A model generated the notes under the pieces. The model made no database searches. It saw only the letters and a program-made list of their open reading frames with translations, and was not told the DNA's origin. From Bradymonadia bacterium (GTDB taxonomy: Bacteria > Myxococcota_A > Bradymonadia > UBA7976 > UBA1532), in contig JBKAGE010000042.1 in the NCBI GenBank assembly GCA_046290225.1, positions 43,299 through 107,298 on the forward strand: a stretch of 64,000 nucleotides of DNA, given 5' to 3'. Positions within the stretch are counted from its first letter, which is position 1. Every line of letters starts with the position of its first letter. Both the position numbers and the translations under genes were made by a program. Below, one piece after another: positions 12,356-22,387 of the stretch.

Positions 12356-14265
12356 AGCGTTGGGGGCTGCTGGCCTTCGCCGCTCTGCTGATCGGCGCTC
12401 TGCCCTGGCTGCCCGTGGACGAGTCCACAGTCCGACATCACACCGTCAGTCGTGAGGTGAGAGGGGCCCTGGCCCAGATGTCTCTCCTCATGGAGGCGCA
12501 CACGCCACTCACGCTGAATGCCTCTCCCAAAGACGCCGAGTCTGCTCGTAAGGTGGTCGACGCCCGCAGAGTCGATGACACCGAGGTGGGTGATCCTGTG
12601 GAGATCACCATCACCGACGTCGGTGACGATCGGGTCAAGGTGAAGGTGTCCCGAGGCGACAAGACCCAGACCACCACCCCCCGACTCGGTGACTGGCGTG
12701 GTGTGATCCCTCCGCTGGTTGCGCTGCTCCTGGCGGTGATCTTCCGACGGGTGATCCCCGCGCTCTTCATCGCGATCTGGGCGGGGGTCTGGGCAGGCCG
12801 TGGGGGCGATCCGTTCACGGCGCTGTGGGCGGTCTTCAGCGAGACCATCGCCCCAGTGCTCCAGCAATCGTTCAGCCTCTACATTCTGGGCTTCACCCTG
12901 GCGTTGGTGGGCATGATCTCGGTGGTGAGCCGGATAGGCGGCACCCGGGGCCTCGTCGACGCGCTGTCTGGTCTCGCCAAGGGGCCCCGCAGCACCCAGG
13001 CGGTGACGGGCCTCATGGGGCTGACTCTGTTCTTCGACGATTACGCCAACACAGTGGTGGTGGGCACCACTGCCCGCGGCCTCACGGACAGCCGCCGCAT
13101 CAGCCGCGAGAAGCTGGCCTACATCGTCGACTCCACGAGCGCCCCGGTGGCCGGGGTGGCCATCGTGAGCACCTGGATCGGATACGAGGTGGGCCTCTTC
13201 GACAGCATGGGTCCGGAGCTGCTCGGGGTGCCGGGCCTGCCCCAGGGCGGATATGCCATCTTCTTCGAGATCCTGGCGATGCGGTTCTACTGCCTCTTCG
13301 CCCTGGCGCTGGTCTTTTGCACCGCCTTCACCGGGCGAGATCTCGGCGCGATGTACCACGCCGAGCGCCGGGCGCGTCGCGGTGATGGGGTCCGCCCGGC
13401 CACCCAGGAGCCCGTAGCGGAGATGCCCACAGAACTCAAGGCCGGGGTGAAGCCCAAGGCCCGCAACGCGGTGATCCCCCTGGGGGTGGTGCTGGTGCTC
13501 ATCGGCGTGGGGCTGGCCCAGGCCGGGGGCGGAGCCATCGAGGGTGACTTCGAGTTCGGCAGCCTGGATCACTGGCGGAAGCTGTTCTCCGCGGCGAGCT
13601 TCGAAATGCCCGGGGTGCTGCTGCGCTCAGCTCTGGTGGGCAGCGTCGTGGCCCTGGTGCTGGCCATGGGTCAACGCATTCTGGGCCCCCTCGAAGCCCT
13701 CAAAGCCTATGGTCAGGGGGTACGCACTCTGGCCCCTGCGGCGGCGGTGTTGATCCTGGCATGGTCCATCAAGGCGGTCTGCGATGATTTGAGCACGGGG
13801 CTAACCCTGGTGGCCCTCGTAGAGGCCTACCTGCCGGTGGTGATCCTGCCTCTGGCGGTGTTCCTGCTCTCGGGGCTGGTGGCCTTCGCCACCGGGACCT
13901 CGTGGGGTACCATGGCCCTGATGCTCCCCGTGGCGGTGCCATTGTCCATCGCCCTCTCTGGAGAAGGTCCCGTCGTGCTCGCCTGCCTCGCCGCAGTGCT
14001 CGATGGTGCCATCTGGGGAGATCACTGCTCTCCGATCTCCGACACCACCGTGCTCTCCTCCACAGCCTCTGGCTGCCCTCACCTCGCCCACGTGCGCACG
14101 CAGATCCCGTACGCCACCCTGGCGATGATGGTGGCCGGTGGCGTGGGCTATCTGGGGACCGGCGCTGGTCTACCTGTGTTGTGGGCGCTGCCCCTCGGGG
14201 TGATGTTGATGGTGGCCGGGCTCTACATCTTCGGACGCTCTGCAGATCAACCGGTGCGCGAATGA
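12352..14265 (+). CDS. Na+/H+ antiporter NhaC family membrane protein
   Basis: FFDDYAN, SREKLAYIVDST, FATGTSWGT and GDHCSPISDTT motifs. Confidence 0.88.
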   Translation: MKRWGLLAFAALLIGALPWLPVDESTVRHHTVSREVRGALAQMSLLMEAHTPLTLNASPKDAESARKVVDARRVDDTEVGDPVEITITDVGDDRVKVKVSRGDKTQTTTPRLGDWRGVIPPLVALLLAVIFRRVIPALFIAIWAGVWAGRGGDPFTALWAVFSETIAPVLQQSFSLYILGFTLALVGMISVVSRIGGTRGLVDALSGLAKGPRSTQAVTGLMGLTLFFDDYANTVVVGTTARGLTDSRRISREKLAYIVDSTSAPVAGVAIVSTWIGYEVGLFDSMGPELLGVPGLPQGGYAIFFEILAMRFYCLFALALVFCTAFTGRDLGAMYHAERRARRGDGVRPATQEPVAEMPTELKAGVKPKARNAVIPLGVVLVLIGVGLAQAGGGAIEGDFEFGSLDHWRKLFSAASFEMPGVLLRSALVGSVVALVLAMGQRILGPLEALKAYGQGVRTLAPAAAVLILAWSIKAVCDDLSTGLTLVALVEAYLPVVILPLAVFLLSGLVAFATGTSWGTMALMLPVAVPLSIALSGEGPVVLACLAAVLDGAIWGDHCSPISDTTVLSSTASGCPHLAHVRTQIPYATLAMMVAGGVGYLGTGAGLPVLWALPLGVMLMVAGLYIFGRSADQPVRE

Positions 14266-14345
14266 CCCTGCTGCTGGCCGGATTTTCAACTTCTCATGCG
14301 ACCAAGCCGTAAGGAGGGGTTGGATTCTCAGCAGGAGCATGCCGG

Positions 14346-16817
14346 TTGGCTTACGTGCCACCACAGAGTCAGGTACAGGGGAGAAGGGTCCCCTTCGCGA
14401 TGAGGCTCACCCTCTTCGCCACGTGCCTGATCGGCATCGCCGTGATTGTGCCCTCAGTGCTGCTGTATCAGCACAGCCAGACCGCCCTGAAAGACGAAAC
14501 AGCAGCCCGACTCAAGGCTGTGGTCACCTCAGCGGCCACCTTCTTCAATGACGCACACCATCACATCTCTCAAGCTGACGACGGCGAGCTTTCGGACGAA
14601 GAGGTCGCCGAAGCGCTGAGAAGCCTGTTGCAAGAGGTTCAAACCGAGAACCAGCTCGAAACCCCGCTCTATACGCTGAGGCCTGCCGAAGATTACGCCG
14701 AGCGCAGCACCCTGGAGTGGGTGCTGATGAGCGAGCCCGACGAGACCGGGCGCTACTACGTCGGGCATACAGCCCGCGCCCGGCCTCATCAGCGCGCCGC
14801 TCTCGACGGGCACCCCACCGTCAGCGAGATCTACACCTCGAATGATCGACAATGGCTCTCTGCAGCTGCTCCCATCTTCGACAGCGAGGGCCATGTGGTG
14901 GGCATTCTACAGGCCGACACCACCGCTGACGCGATACAGGCCCAAGGCCTCGCTCAGGCGGGCCGGATGGTCTCGGCGGGACTGATGGCGATCTTGCTGG
15001 CAGCGCTGCTCGCCTCGCTCCTGGCCCGTACCGTGGTTCGACCCATCGAGCGCCTCGTGGAAGCTACCCGCATGATCGGTAAGGGCCGGCTGGATCACCG
15101 GCTGCCCATCGAGCGCAACGACGAGCTCGGCGATCTCGCTGACGGCTTCAACACCATGGCCGCCAAGCTGCAGATCCGCGATCGACAGCTGGCCCGCGCC
15201 CGAGACGAGGCCCTCGCGGCGAGCCGCTCGAAAGAAGCGTTCCTGGCCAACATGAGCCATGAGATCAGAACGCCGATGAACGGCATCATCGGCATGGCCG
15301 AGCTTCTGGCCAGCGGCCCTCTACAGGCAGAGCAGAGAGATCAAGCGAACACCGTGATCAGGTGCGCAGAGTCCCTGCTGGCGATCCTCAACGACGTGCT
15401 CGATTTCTCCAAGCTCGAGGCGGGCAAGGTGGGGCTGACCCCTGAAGTCTTTGATCCGCTCCTGCTGGTGGAAGACGTCGCCGATCTGCTGGCGCCGGAG
15501 GCCTGGAAGCAGGGCCTGATGCTCTTCGTACACGTGGAGGCCGACGTGCCCCGATGGGTGCACGGGGATCCGACGCGTATTCGGCAGGTGTTGACCAACA
15601 TCGTGGCCAACGCGCTCAAGTTCACCTCTGAGGGGCATGTTCACCTTCGAGTGTCGCGCATCGACGACGAGTGGTTGCGCTTCGAGGTGCAAGACACCGG
15701 CATCGGGATCCCACCAGAGAAGATCGCCAGCATCTTCGAGCGCTTCGAGCAAGCTGATCAGGAGACGAGCCGCCGCTTTGGTGGCACAGGCCTCGGCCTG
15801 GCGATTTGCCGCCGCCTCATCTGGCTGATGCACGGTGAGATCTCGGTGAGCAGTCAGGAAGGAGAAGGCTCTCGCTTCTGGTTCGAGCTGCCCCTCCCAC
15901 CGGCGCCGACGCCTGATGAATTGACCCTCCCGACGACGGAGGAGCGCTGGATCATGGTGGTCCATCCTGATCCCAACCCCCGAGCTGCGCTGGCGGCTCA
16001 CTGCCAGCGCATCGGCTTCACACCGATTCAAGCAGAGAGCGCCGAGGTGGCGGCCCAGGTGCGCGCTCGAGGCACCCAATTGCACGGCCCACCCCACGCG
16101 ACCCTGATGTCCACGAGTCTGCTCTCCGACGCCCAGGACGACTGGCCAGAGCGCATCGTGGCGCTCTCTGACGAGGGCCCGAAATCTGGTGTACTCGGCG
16201 TCGAGGGGGGACTCTGGCTGCATTTCCCCATTCGACTGGAGCGCCTGCGTCGGGTTCTGGGCTCGAGCGAGGCCGGCCTGGTGGAGCAGCTCACGATGCC
16301 CGAGCAGTCCACCCTGCCCGTCGTGGAGGCGTTGTCGGCCATGCACGTGCCCGATGACAGCACCCCCCACATGCTCACGATGCTCGTGGTGGACGACAAC
16401 CCGGTAAACCGCCGGGTGGTGACCCGCATGCTGAATCGGATGGGCTGTGATGTGCTCGAGGCGTCCAACGGTCAAGAGGCCATCGATCGGGTGCTCGAAG
16501 ATCCAGAGGCCCTCGATCTGGTCTTGATGGATTGCCAGATGCCCGAAATGGACGGCTTCGAGGCCACCCGTCAGATCCGGGCAGCCCTCGCCCGCCTCAA
16601 CGTGCAGCTGCCCATCCTCGCCCTCACGGCGAACGCCATGGCCTCCGACCGCAGCCGCTGCCTCGAGGCAGGGATGGACGACCACCTGGCCAAGCCCGTG
16701 CGCAAGACGCAAATTGCCGACGCCATTCAACGCTGGTGCCTCTCGCCTGAAAACAGAGAGCCCCCCATGGCTGAGCCAGAGCCTCTCATGGGTCAAGCCA
16801 CACCCGGTCTCCACTGA
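14346..16817 (+). CDS. Hybrid sensor histidine kinase (TM sensor-HAMP-HisKA-HATPase-REC)
   Basis: FLANMSHEIRTPMNG, DTGIGI, GGTGLGL and LMDCQMPEMDG motifs; true start may be ATG 14400. Confidence 0.92.
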   Translation: MAYVPPQSQVQGRRVPFAMRLTLFATCLIGIAVIVPSVLLYQHSQTALKDETAARLKAVVTSAATFFNDAHHHISQADDGELSDEEVAEALRSLLQEVQTENQLETPLYTLRPAEDYAERSTLEWVLMSEPDETGRYYVGHTARARPHQRAALDGHPTVSEIYTSNDRQWLSAAAPIFDSEGHVVGILQADTTADAIQAQGLAQAGRMVSAGLMAILLAALLASLLARTVVRPIERLVEATRMIGKGRLDHRLPIERNDELGDLADGFNTMAAKLQIRDRQLARARDEALAASRSKEAFLANMSHEIRTPMNGIIGMAELLASGPLQAEQRDQANTVIRCAESLLAILNDVLDFSKLEAGKVGLTPEVFDPLLLVEDVADLLAPEAWKQGLMLFVHVEADVPRWVHGDPTRIRQVLTNIVANALKFTSEGHVHLRVSRIDDEWLRFEVQDTGIGIPPEKIASIFERFEQADQETSRRFGGTGLGLAICRRLIWLMHGEISVSSQEGEGSRFWFELPLPPAPTPDELTLPTTEERWIMVVHPDPNPRAALAAHCQRIGFTPIQAESAEVAAQVRARGTQLHGPPHATLMSTSLLSDAQDDWPERIVALSDEGPKSGVLGVEGGLWLHFPIRLERLRRVLGSSEAGLVEQLTMPEQSTLPVVEALSAMHVPDDSTPHMLTMLVVDDNPVNRRVVTRMLNRMGCDVLEASNGQEAIDRVLEDPEALDLVLMDCQMPEMDGFEATRQIRAALARLNVQLPILALTANAMASDRSRCLEAGMDDHLAKPVRKTQIADAIQRWCLSPENREPPMAEPEPLMGQATPGLH

Positions 16818-16910
16818 TCTCAGGCTCTGCTGAGCGCCGCTCGCAGTCCTCTTCGTCTCATCTACGATTTTCGGGCATCATGGCGTCGACGAACGACTCA
16901 CTGGCGCGCC

Positions 16911-18611
16911 ATGAAACCACCAGAACATTCGCTCAATGTCGCCCTCGAGGTGCCCCGGACAGAGGCTGAAGGTCCAGGGCTACGCTATGCCCTCTGGGTG
17001 CAGGGCTGCCCCATGCGCTGCCCTGGCTGCTGCAACCCCGAGATGCTCTCCTTCGAAGCCAGAACGCGGCGTCTGGTGCACGACATCGTCCGTGATGTGC
17101 GCGCCGCCGATGTCGAGGGCATCAGCGTGCTTGGTGGGGAGCCCTTCGCTCAGGCCGGGGCCCTCGCCGTGCTTGCCGAAGCCGTGCGTGCTCATGGCCT
17201 GACCGTCATGATCTACACCGGCTTCACCCTGGCAGAGCTGCACGCACAGGGTCGAACCGACCCTGCCGTCACACGGCTGCTCGACGCCACTGACTTGCTC
17301 GTGGACGGCCGCTATGAGGCCGCTCAACGTACACTCGATCGACGGTGGATCGGCTCGACCAACCAGCAAATGCACTTTTTGTCGGCAGCGTACGCCGAGG
17401 GCGATCCGCGCATGCGCCAGGGCAACACCCTGGAGCTTCGGCTGGTGAACGGCGAAGTGCAGCTCAATGGCTGGCCTGCCCTCGGCGCCCGCACACGTCT
17501 GGGCAGGGGCAGGGGCAAGGCCCCACAACACGTGGCAGCGCACCGCCTCGACGAAGCAGAGGGCCACGCCCTCGCCGTGGCCCGAGGCATGATGGGCGGC
17601 CGATGGCAACTGCCCGAGACCTCAGTCACCATCAAAACCCCACGGGTGGCGCTGGCCACCGCCGCCAGCGAGCTCATCGGGCGCAAGGCCCTGCAATACA
17701 TGACCGAGCAGGGGGGCCACCGCGAGCGGGCGGTACTTCGACGCGGCCGGCGTATGCGTGGGCGCATCTGGGATGCTGAGCTCAACGCTGACTTCAACCT
17801 GCGCTACACCATCGCCACCGAGCGCCTCTGGCGTCTGGGGGTGCGGGTGTTGCCCATGATCGTGGGCACTCAGAACGACAGCACCGGGTTCAAGCGCAGC
17901 ATCAAGGGCTGGCTCAGGGTGGACGGCACCGACTCGGGCGACTGGCTGGTGTATCTGATCGCCCTCGAGAACATTCGACGGCTCAATCTCAATCACTGGA
18001 GACAGATCGAGATCGAGAGCCGGCTCGCCCACGGCTCCCCCCTCGTGGCACTGGCCACGCTGAGGACCAGCAACCCGGAGCAGGTTCAGACCTTGATCCG
18101 CAGACCCTCGGTCCGGCTGGTGGAATGCCTCGAAGACCCCCTCGTCGAGCACTGGCTGCACACTCTGCAGCGCCAACCCGAGACCAACGCTCAGGCTCAA
18201 GTCTGGCAGTATCGGGCCCAGGTGCTCACTCAATGGCTCGACACCCTCTACGACGCCCAACGCCTCGACCTCGCTCGAGGTGTCATGCGATTGCTCCGAC
18301 GTTGGATCGACGCCTTGAGCACACGTGAGGTGGGTGATCCAGAGCGGGCGGGCTTGGCGGCGCAGCGCATACGGGCACAGCTGAGCGCCAGCACGGCGAG
18401 AGAGACCCAGCAACTGGGGCAGAGTGTGGGGCGCATCTTTGCCCTCGGCGATCGGCTCGACGCCTTGAGACGTGAGATGGCCGCAGCCCACTATGGCGAC
18501 GACCGGTACGAAGAGGCTCAGCTGTACCTTGCTGACTACGAATCCTGGTATGCCGACGACGCCCTCACCGCCCCCGAGGTGTCACGACAACTGAGCGGCG
18601 TGGTGCGATAG
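16911..18611 (+). CDS. NrdG-like radical SAM domain fused to a C-terminal domain resembling FtsH ternary system domain X6
   Basis: CPMRCPGCCN (CxxxCxxC), GGEPF and GSTNQ motifs; C-terminal GGHRER..GRIW and DDRYEEAQLYLADYE recalled as fvmX6-like. Confidence 0.7.
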   Translation: MKPPEHSLNVALEVPRTEAEGPGLRYALWVQGCPMRCPGCCNPEMLSFEARTRRLVHDIVRDVRAADVEGISVLGGEPFAQAGALAVLAEAVRAHGLTVMIYTGFTLAELHAQGRTDPAVTRLLDATDLLVDGRYEAAQRTLDRRWIGSTNQQMHFLSAAYAEGDPRMRQGNTLELRLVNGEVQLNGWPALGARTRLGRGRGKAPQHVAAHRLDEAEGHALAVARGMMGGRWQLPETSVTIKTPRVALATAASELIGRKALQYMTEQGGHRERAVLRRGRRMRGRIWDAELNADFNLRYTIATERLWRLGVRVLPMIVGTQNDSTGFKRSIKGWLRVDGTDSGDWLVYLIALENIRRLNLNHWRQIEIESRLAHGSPLVALATLRTSNPEQVQTLIRRPSVRLVECLEDPLVEHWLHTLQRQPETNAQAQVWQYRAQVLTQWLDTLYDAQRLDLARGVMRLLRRWIDALSTREVGDPERAGLAAQRIRAQLSASTARETQQLGQSVGRIFALGDRLDALRREMAAAHYGDDRYEEAQLYLADYESWYADDALTAPEVSRQLSGVVR

Positions 18612-18819
18612 CAAGAGCCCACTTCACAGGGTGCGACATGGGCTTACTGCAGGCTCTGCAGATCGGCCTGCAGGTTTCGCCGGCGAGATCTGCCCCCCCA
18701 CAGCCACCCCCCACCTAAAACACTGAAAACATTCACCTCCCCATCTGTATTCCCAAGCTGGCATGCGTCGTGCTCAAGGGATCATGCAGACGCAGCGCAC
18801 AGCTTTCACGGGAGAACTC

Positions 18820-20292
18820 ATGAACCGCTCTTCACTCTACTCATCTCTACTTCTGGCCCTGTTGGCCTTCGGGTGTGACAACACCGAGCTGACCGACACG
18901 GAGACGGCTGAAGACGAAATCAACGCCAACGTCTCCGAAGACGAAGCGGCCGCACGACCTCGCCGTGGCGCTCCGCCGCCCCCCCCTCCTCGCGGCGAGA
19001 ACCCTCCTCCTCCGGGTGGTGATGCTCCCCCACCGCCGCCTCCGGGCGACGATGTCCCCCCGGGGGAGGAGGATCCTATCGACGACGAGCCGCCCATGGA
19101 CGACCCCGTCGATGATGATCCGATCGACGATGAGCCCCCGGCAGACGATCCGATCGACGATGACCCCATCGATGATGACCCCATCGATGACGAGCCCCCG
19201 GCAGATGATGATCCTGTGGGTGAAGTGCTCGACTTGCCCGCGCAGCCGTTCAACTACGCCAACCCCAACTACCCCGCCCACTACCGTCAGGGGCCCGGCG
19301 GTGGGGCCCTGGCCACCGACAGCGCGCCACCGAACAACCCGGTGACCGACGCTGGGGCCACCTTGGGCCGTGTGTTGTTCTACGACACCAACCTGAGCCG
19401 CAACCGCACCACGTCGTGTGCCTCGTGCCACGTGCCGGAGATCGGCTTCTCAGACAACGCTGTATTCAGCGAGGGCTTCGACGGTGGCCTCACCGGTCGC
19501 CACTCCATGGGCTTGACCAACGCTCGGTTCAACCCCGGAGGCCGCTACTTCTGGGACGAGCGCGCCGCCACCCTGGAAGATCAGGTGCTCGGGCCGATTC
19601 AGGACGAGGTCGAGATGGGCATGACCCTCGACGAGATGGAGCAGCGCCTGCGGACCCTGGACTACTACCCGGCCCTCTTCGAGGCGGCCTTCGGCGACGA
19701 CGACATCGACTCGGAGCGGGTGAGCCTGGCCCTGGCCCAGTTCGTCCGCAGCATGGTGAGCTTCGAGAGCCGCTACGACGAAGGCCGGGCTCAGGTGAAC
19801 AACCCTGGCCAGCCCTTCCCGAACTTCACCGCCGAGGAGAACCGCGGAAAGCAAATCTACCTCGGCCCCGCCGGCAACGGCGGCGGTGGCTGCGCGGCGT
19901 GCCACGGTGTGGAGTCGTTCTCTGCGCCCCGGCCCACCAACAACGGCCTCGACATCGCAAGCGAGGACGACGGCATCGGCGGTGTCACCGGCAACGCCAA
20001 CCAGATCGCCGTGTTCCGCACGCCTTCGCTCCGGAACATTGGGGTCCGGCCGCCCTACATGCACGACGGTCGCTTCCGCAACCTGCAGCAGGTGGTGGCC
20101 TTCTACAACAACGGGGTGCAGCCCCACCGCAACCTGAGCCCCCCGCTCCGGGCCCCTGGCCCTGGTCCGGTCCGGGCGGTGCGCCTCGGCCTCTCTCCTG
20201 CTGACCAGGCTGCGCTGGTGGCCTTCATGCACACCCTCACCGACGAGGCCATGATAGAAGACGAGAAGTTCAGCGACCCCTTCATCGACTGA
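18820..20292 (+). CDS. Di-heme cytochrome c peroxidase/MauG family lipoprotein
   Basis: Lipobox LAFGC; CASCH and CAACH heme motifs; FWDERA, TPSLRN and PYMHDG motifs; Pro-rich and DDDPI-repeat linker. Confidence 0.9.
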   Translation: MNRSSLYSSLLLALLAFGCDNTELTDTETAEDEINANVSEDEAAARPRRGAPPPPPPRGENPPPPGGDAPPPPPPGDDVPPGEEDPIDDEPPMDDPVDDDPIDDEPPADDPIDDDPIDDDPIDDEPPADDDPVGEVLDLPAQPFNYANPNYPAHYRQGPGGGALATDSAPPNNPVTDAGATLGRVLFYDTNLSRNRTTSCASCHVPEIGFSDNAVFSEGFDGGLTGRHSMGLTNARFNPGGRYFWDERAATLEDQVLGPIQDEVEMGMTLDEMEQRLRTLDYYPALFEAAFGDDDIDSERVSLALAQFVRSMVSFESRYDEGRAQVNNPGQPFPNFTAEENRGKQIYLGPAGNGGGGCAACHGVESFSAPRPTNNGLDIASEDDGIGGVTGNANQIAVFRTPSLRNIGVRPPYMHDGRFRNLQQVVAFYNNGVQPHRNLSPPLRAPGPGPVRAVRLGLSPADQAALVAFMHTLTDEAMIEDEKFSDPFID

Positions 20293-20298
20293 GCTTTA

Positions 20299-20457
20299 GA
20301 GGCCCTAACAAAACGGCTCCCGTCGCCAGTGCTGCGATGCACTTCGCGAGGCGGCAAAAACCGTCCTCGACGATGCAACAGCATCGCCTGCGGGTATTTC
20401 TGACGCCTCACTCGCGCCTCACAACCCTGGCTCGGTCCGTCGTTGTGTTAGGACCTC
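20299..20457. mobile_element. MITE copy 1 (159 bp) flanked by a TTA direct repeat
   Basis: Ends GAGGCCCTAACAAAAC and GTTGTGTTAGGACCTC form imperfect inverted repeats; TTA on both flanks; homologous in inverted orientation to 58580-58868. Confidence 0.75.
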
Positions 20458-20492
20458 TTAGACTGGCCGCTGTGTCCGCAGAGTGAAGGATC

Positions 20493-20528
20493 AAAAAAGC
20501 CCGGGCTGCACAGCCCGGGCTTCTCTTT
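20493..20528. terminator. Bidirectional intrinsic terminator
   Basis: AAGCCCGGGCTG-CA-CAGCCCGGGCTT hairpin with A-rich and T-rich flanks, between convergent genes. Confidence 0.8.
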
Positions 20529-20593
20529 GTTTAGAACATGTATCTAAACATATATGACCAGTAAAAAATGAATCTGGTTTGAACTGAAAATAG

Positions 20594-20896
20594 TTAGCTA
20601 TCGAAGACGAATAGCTGCTCGAAGTTGGCGATGCGGAGCACCCTGACCGCCTCATCGTCAAGGTTGATGAGGGGTAAACGTGTGTACGTGTTCAAGCCCA
20701 GATGATCTCGGATCACCAGCAATGCCCCGAGCACTCGTGTGTCGAACAGATCGACGCCAGAAGCATCAACGACACATTCAGGATCAGGTCGATCAGTGGG
20801 GATCCGATTCACCTCTTCGAAGTAGCCTGAGCTCCAATGTCCCAGTAGATCCCGCAAGTTGATCGTGTGTGTGGCCTCTACGCTCTGAACCCTCAC
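20594..20896 (-). CDS. STAS domain protein (anti-sigma factor antagonist-like)
   Basis: VVDASGVDLFDTRVLGALL and VLRIANFEQLF resemble STAS motifs. Confidence 0.7.
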   Translation of the reverse strand: MRVQSVEATHTINLRDLLGHWSSGYFEEVNRIPTDRPDPECVVDASGVDLFDTRVLGALLVIRDHLGLNTYTRLPLINLDDEAVRVLRIANFEQLFVFDS

Positions 20897-21355
20897 ACAT
20901 CCTCCTTTGCAGCGCCTGTTTCCGGTTGAGCACCCTACATGAGGGGGCCCATCTTGTATAAATCCACGCGACCTTTTCTAGAGGTTTACACGAACACTCC
21001 TGAACTTTTCTTAAGAAAATCGTCCACTTGCTGTGATCAAAAACGGAAACCACCGGTTTAAACAAAGTGCCATAAGCACCTGAAAAACAAACAATTTAAT
21101 CGTCAAAAACCTGTGGATTATTGTTTCACAGATCACCCGATAGAGGCCCACTGATACCCGGTTTCAGAGCCCAACTTTCGTGTTCCTGTTTCCGGGAATT
21201 TACACGACTGCCCTCTCTCTCAACCTCACACAAGCTCACATAGACACACACCTCAGTTTTTGTGCTGATGTAAACCATCAGTCAAATCTGGGGGTCGCCG
21301 GGCACAGTCCTCCGCTGGTACGATGTCGCGCCGATGCGTTTGCGAGGGGAACACC

Positions 21356-21841
21356 ATGGACGTGACGACGCCCGATGTGGCGGAGGAGAAGGCCCAGGCG
21401 GCGCCTGATGATGTGCACGCGCAAATCGCCGCGGCCTATGCATGTGATGCCGCAGGACGCCAGCGGGCGGCCTTGGAATACTACCGGCGAGCGGCCCACC
21501 TGGGGATCCCAGAAGGCCTGGACCGACCGTTCATGATCCAGTTTGGCGCCGCTTTGACCCAGAACGGTCTATGGCCCGAGGCGATACATGTCCTGCAGGT
21601 GGCCCTGGCCAGATGGCCAGAGCACAGAGGGCTCAAATGCTACCTCGCCCTGGCGCTGCACCAGGGCGGTCACCACGATGCCGCCATCGGCGAGCTGCTC
21701 GGGGTCGCTCTGAGCGGGTGTGAGCACATGCCCGATCTCAAACCCCACGCCTGGGATCTCGCTGGCTGGGAAGCCGAACTGCTGATGAGCGCCGTCAACG
21801 ATCACGATGGCCACCTTGCCCTCGAGGAGATCTCTACATGA
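21356..21841 (+). CDS. Tetratricopeptide repeat protein
   Basis: TPR-like helices (ALEYYRRAA, YLALALHQGG); GAGGGG RBS before ATG 21356. Confidence 0.7.
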   Translation: MDVTTPDVAEEKAQAAPDDVHAQIAAAYACDAAGRQRAALEYYRRAAHLGIPEGLDRPFMIQFGAALTQNGLWPEAIHVLQVALARWPEHRGLKCYLALALHQGGHHDAAIGELLGVALSGCEHMPDLKPHAWDLAGWEAELLMSAVNDHDGHLALEEIST

Positions 21842-22371
21842 GCCGTGGTTACCGCCTGCGCCTGCCCACTCGGCCAGTGGTCCGGTCCGAGAAGGACGTG
21901 AACACCTCTGACGCCCTGTCGATGCAGGTTGATCTCCTGCCGATCTTGTCGCCCGAGGAGATGTCGACGCTGCTGCGGCAAGCCCTCATCGCACAAGGCT
22001 GGTCAGAAAAAGGGGATCGCGTGGTGCTCAATCAGGACGGGGTGCAGATCGCCCTCGAACCTGATGGGCGATCCATTGTCATCAAGGGCACACGCTCAGC
22101 ACGAGTGACAGGTACAGCCACCGACAAGGCCTCTGCACAGGCCGCGGCAAAACTTCAGGCTGAGCGGGCGAAGGCGTCGATGTCGCAGACATTGGCCAAA
22201 GATCTGCTGAAAACTGAAGCAGCGGTCCGCGAAGCCATCGAGAAGGCGCTTCAGGGGGTGTACGTCGAGGCGCTCAAGCGCAAGGCGGCCTCGATGGGAG
22301 AGATCGAGAGCGTGCACGAAGGCACGGGGGCCGATGGTCAGAGCGAGCTGACCATCAAGATCAAAGTGTAG
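21838..22371 (+). CDS. Protein resembling FtsH ternary system domain X5
   Basis: MSRGYR, LLPILSPEEMSTLL and ALKRKAASMGEIES..LTIKIKV recalled as fvmX5-like; ATGA overlap with the TPR gene. Confidence 0.6.
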   Translation: MSRGYRLRLPTRPVVRSEKDVNTSDALSMQVDLLPILSPEEMSTLLRQALIAQGWSEKGDRVVLNQDGVQIALEPDGRSIVIKGTRSARVTGTATDKASAQAAAKLQAERAKASMSQTLAKDLLKTEAAVREAIEKALQGVYVEALKRKAASMGEIESVHEGTGADGQSELTIKIKV

Positions 22372-22387
22372 CGCGTCACTGCTCTGC

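Noticed and set aside
16911..17480. Anaerobic ribonucleotide reductase activase nrdG
   Set aside because: No nrdD nearby and the domain is fused to an unrelated C-terminal region, so the symbol was not assigned.
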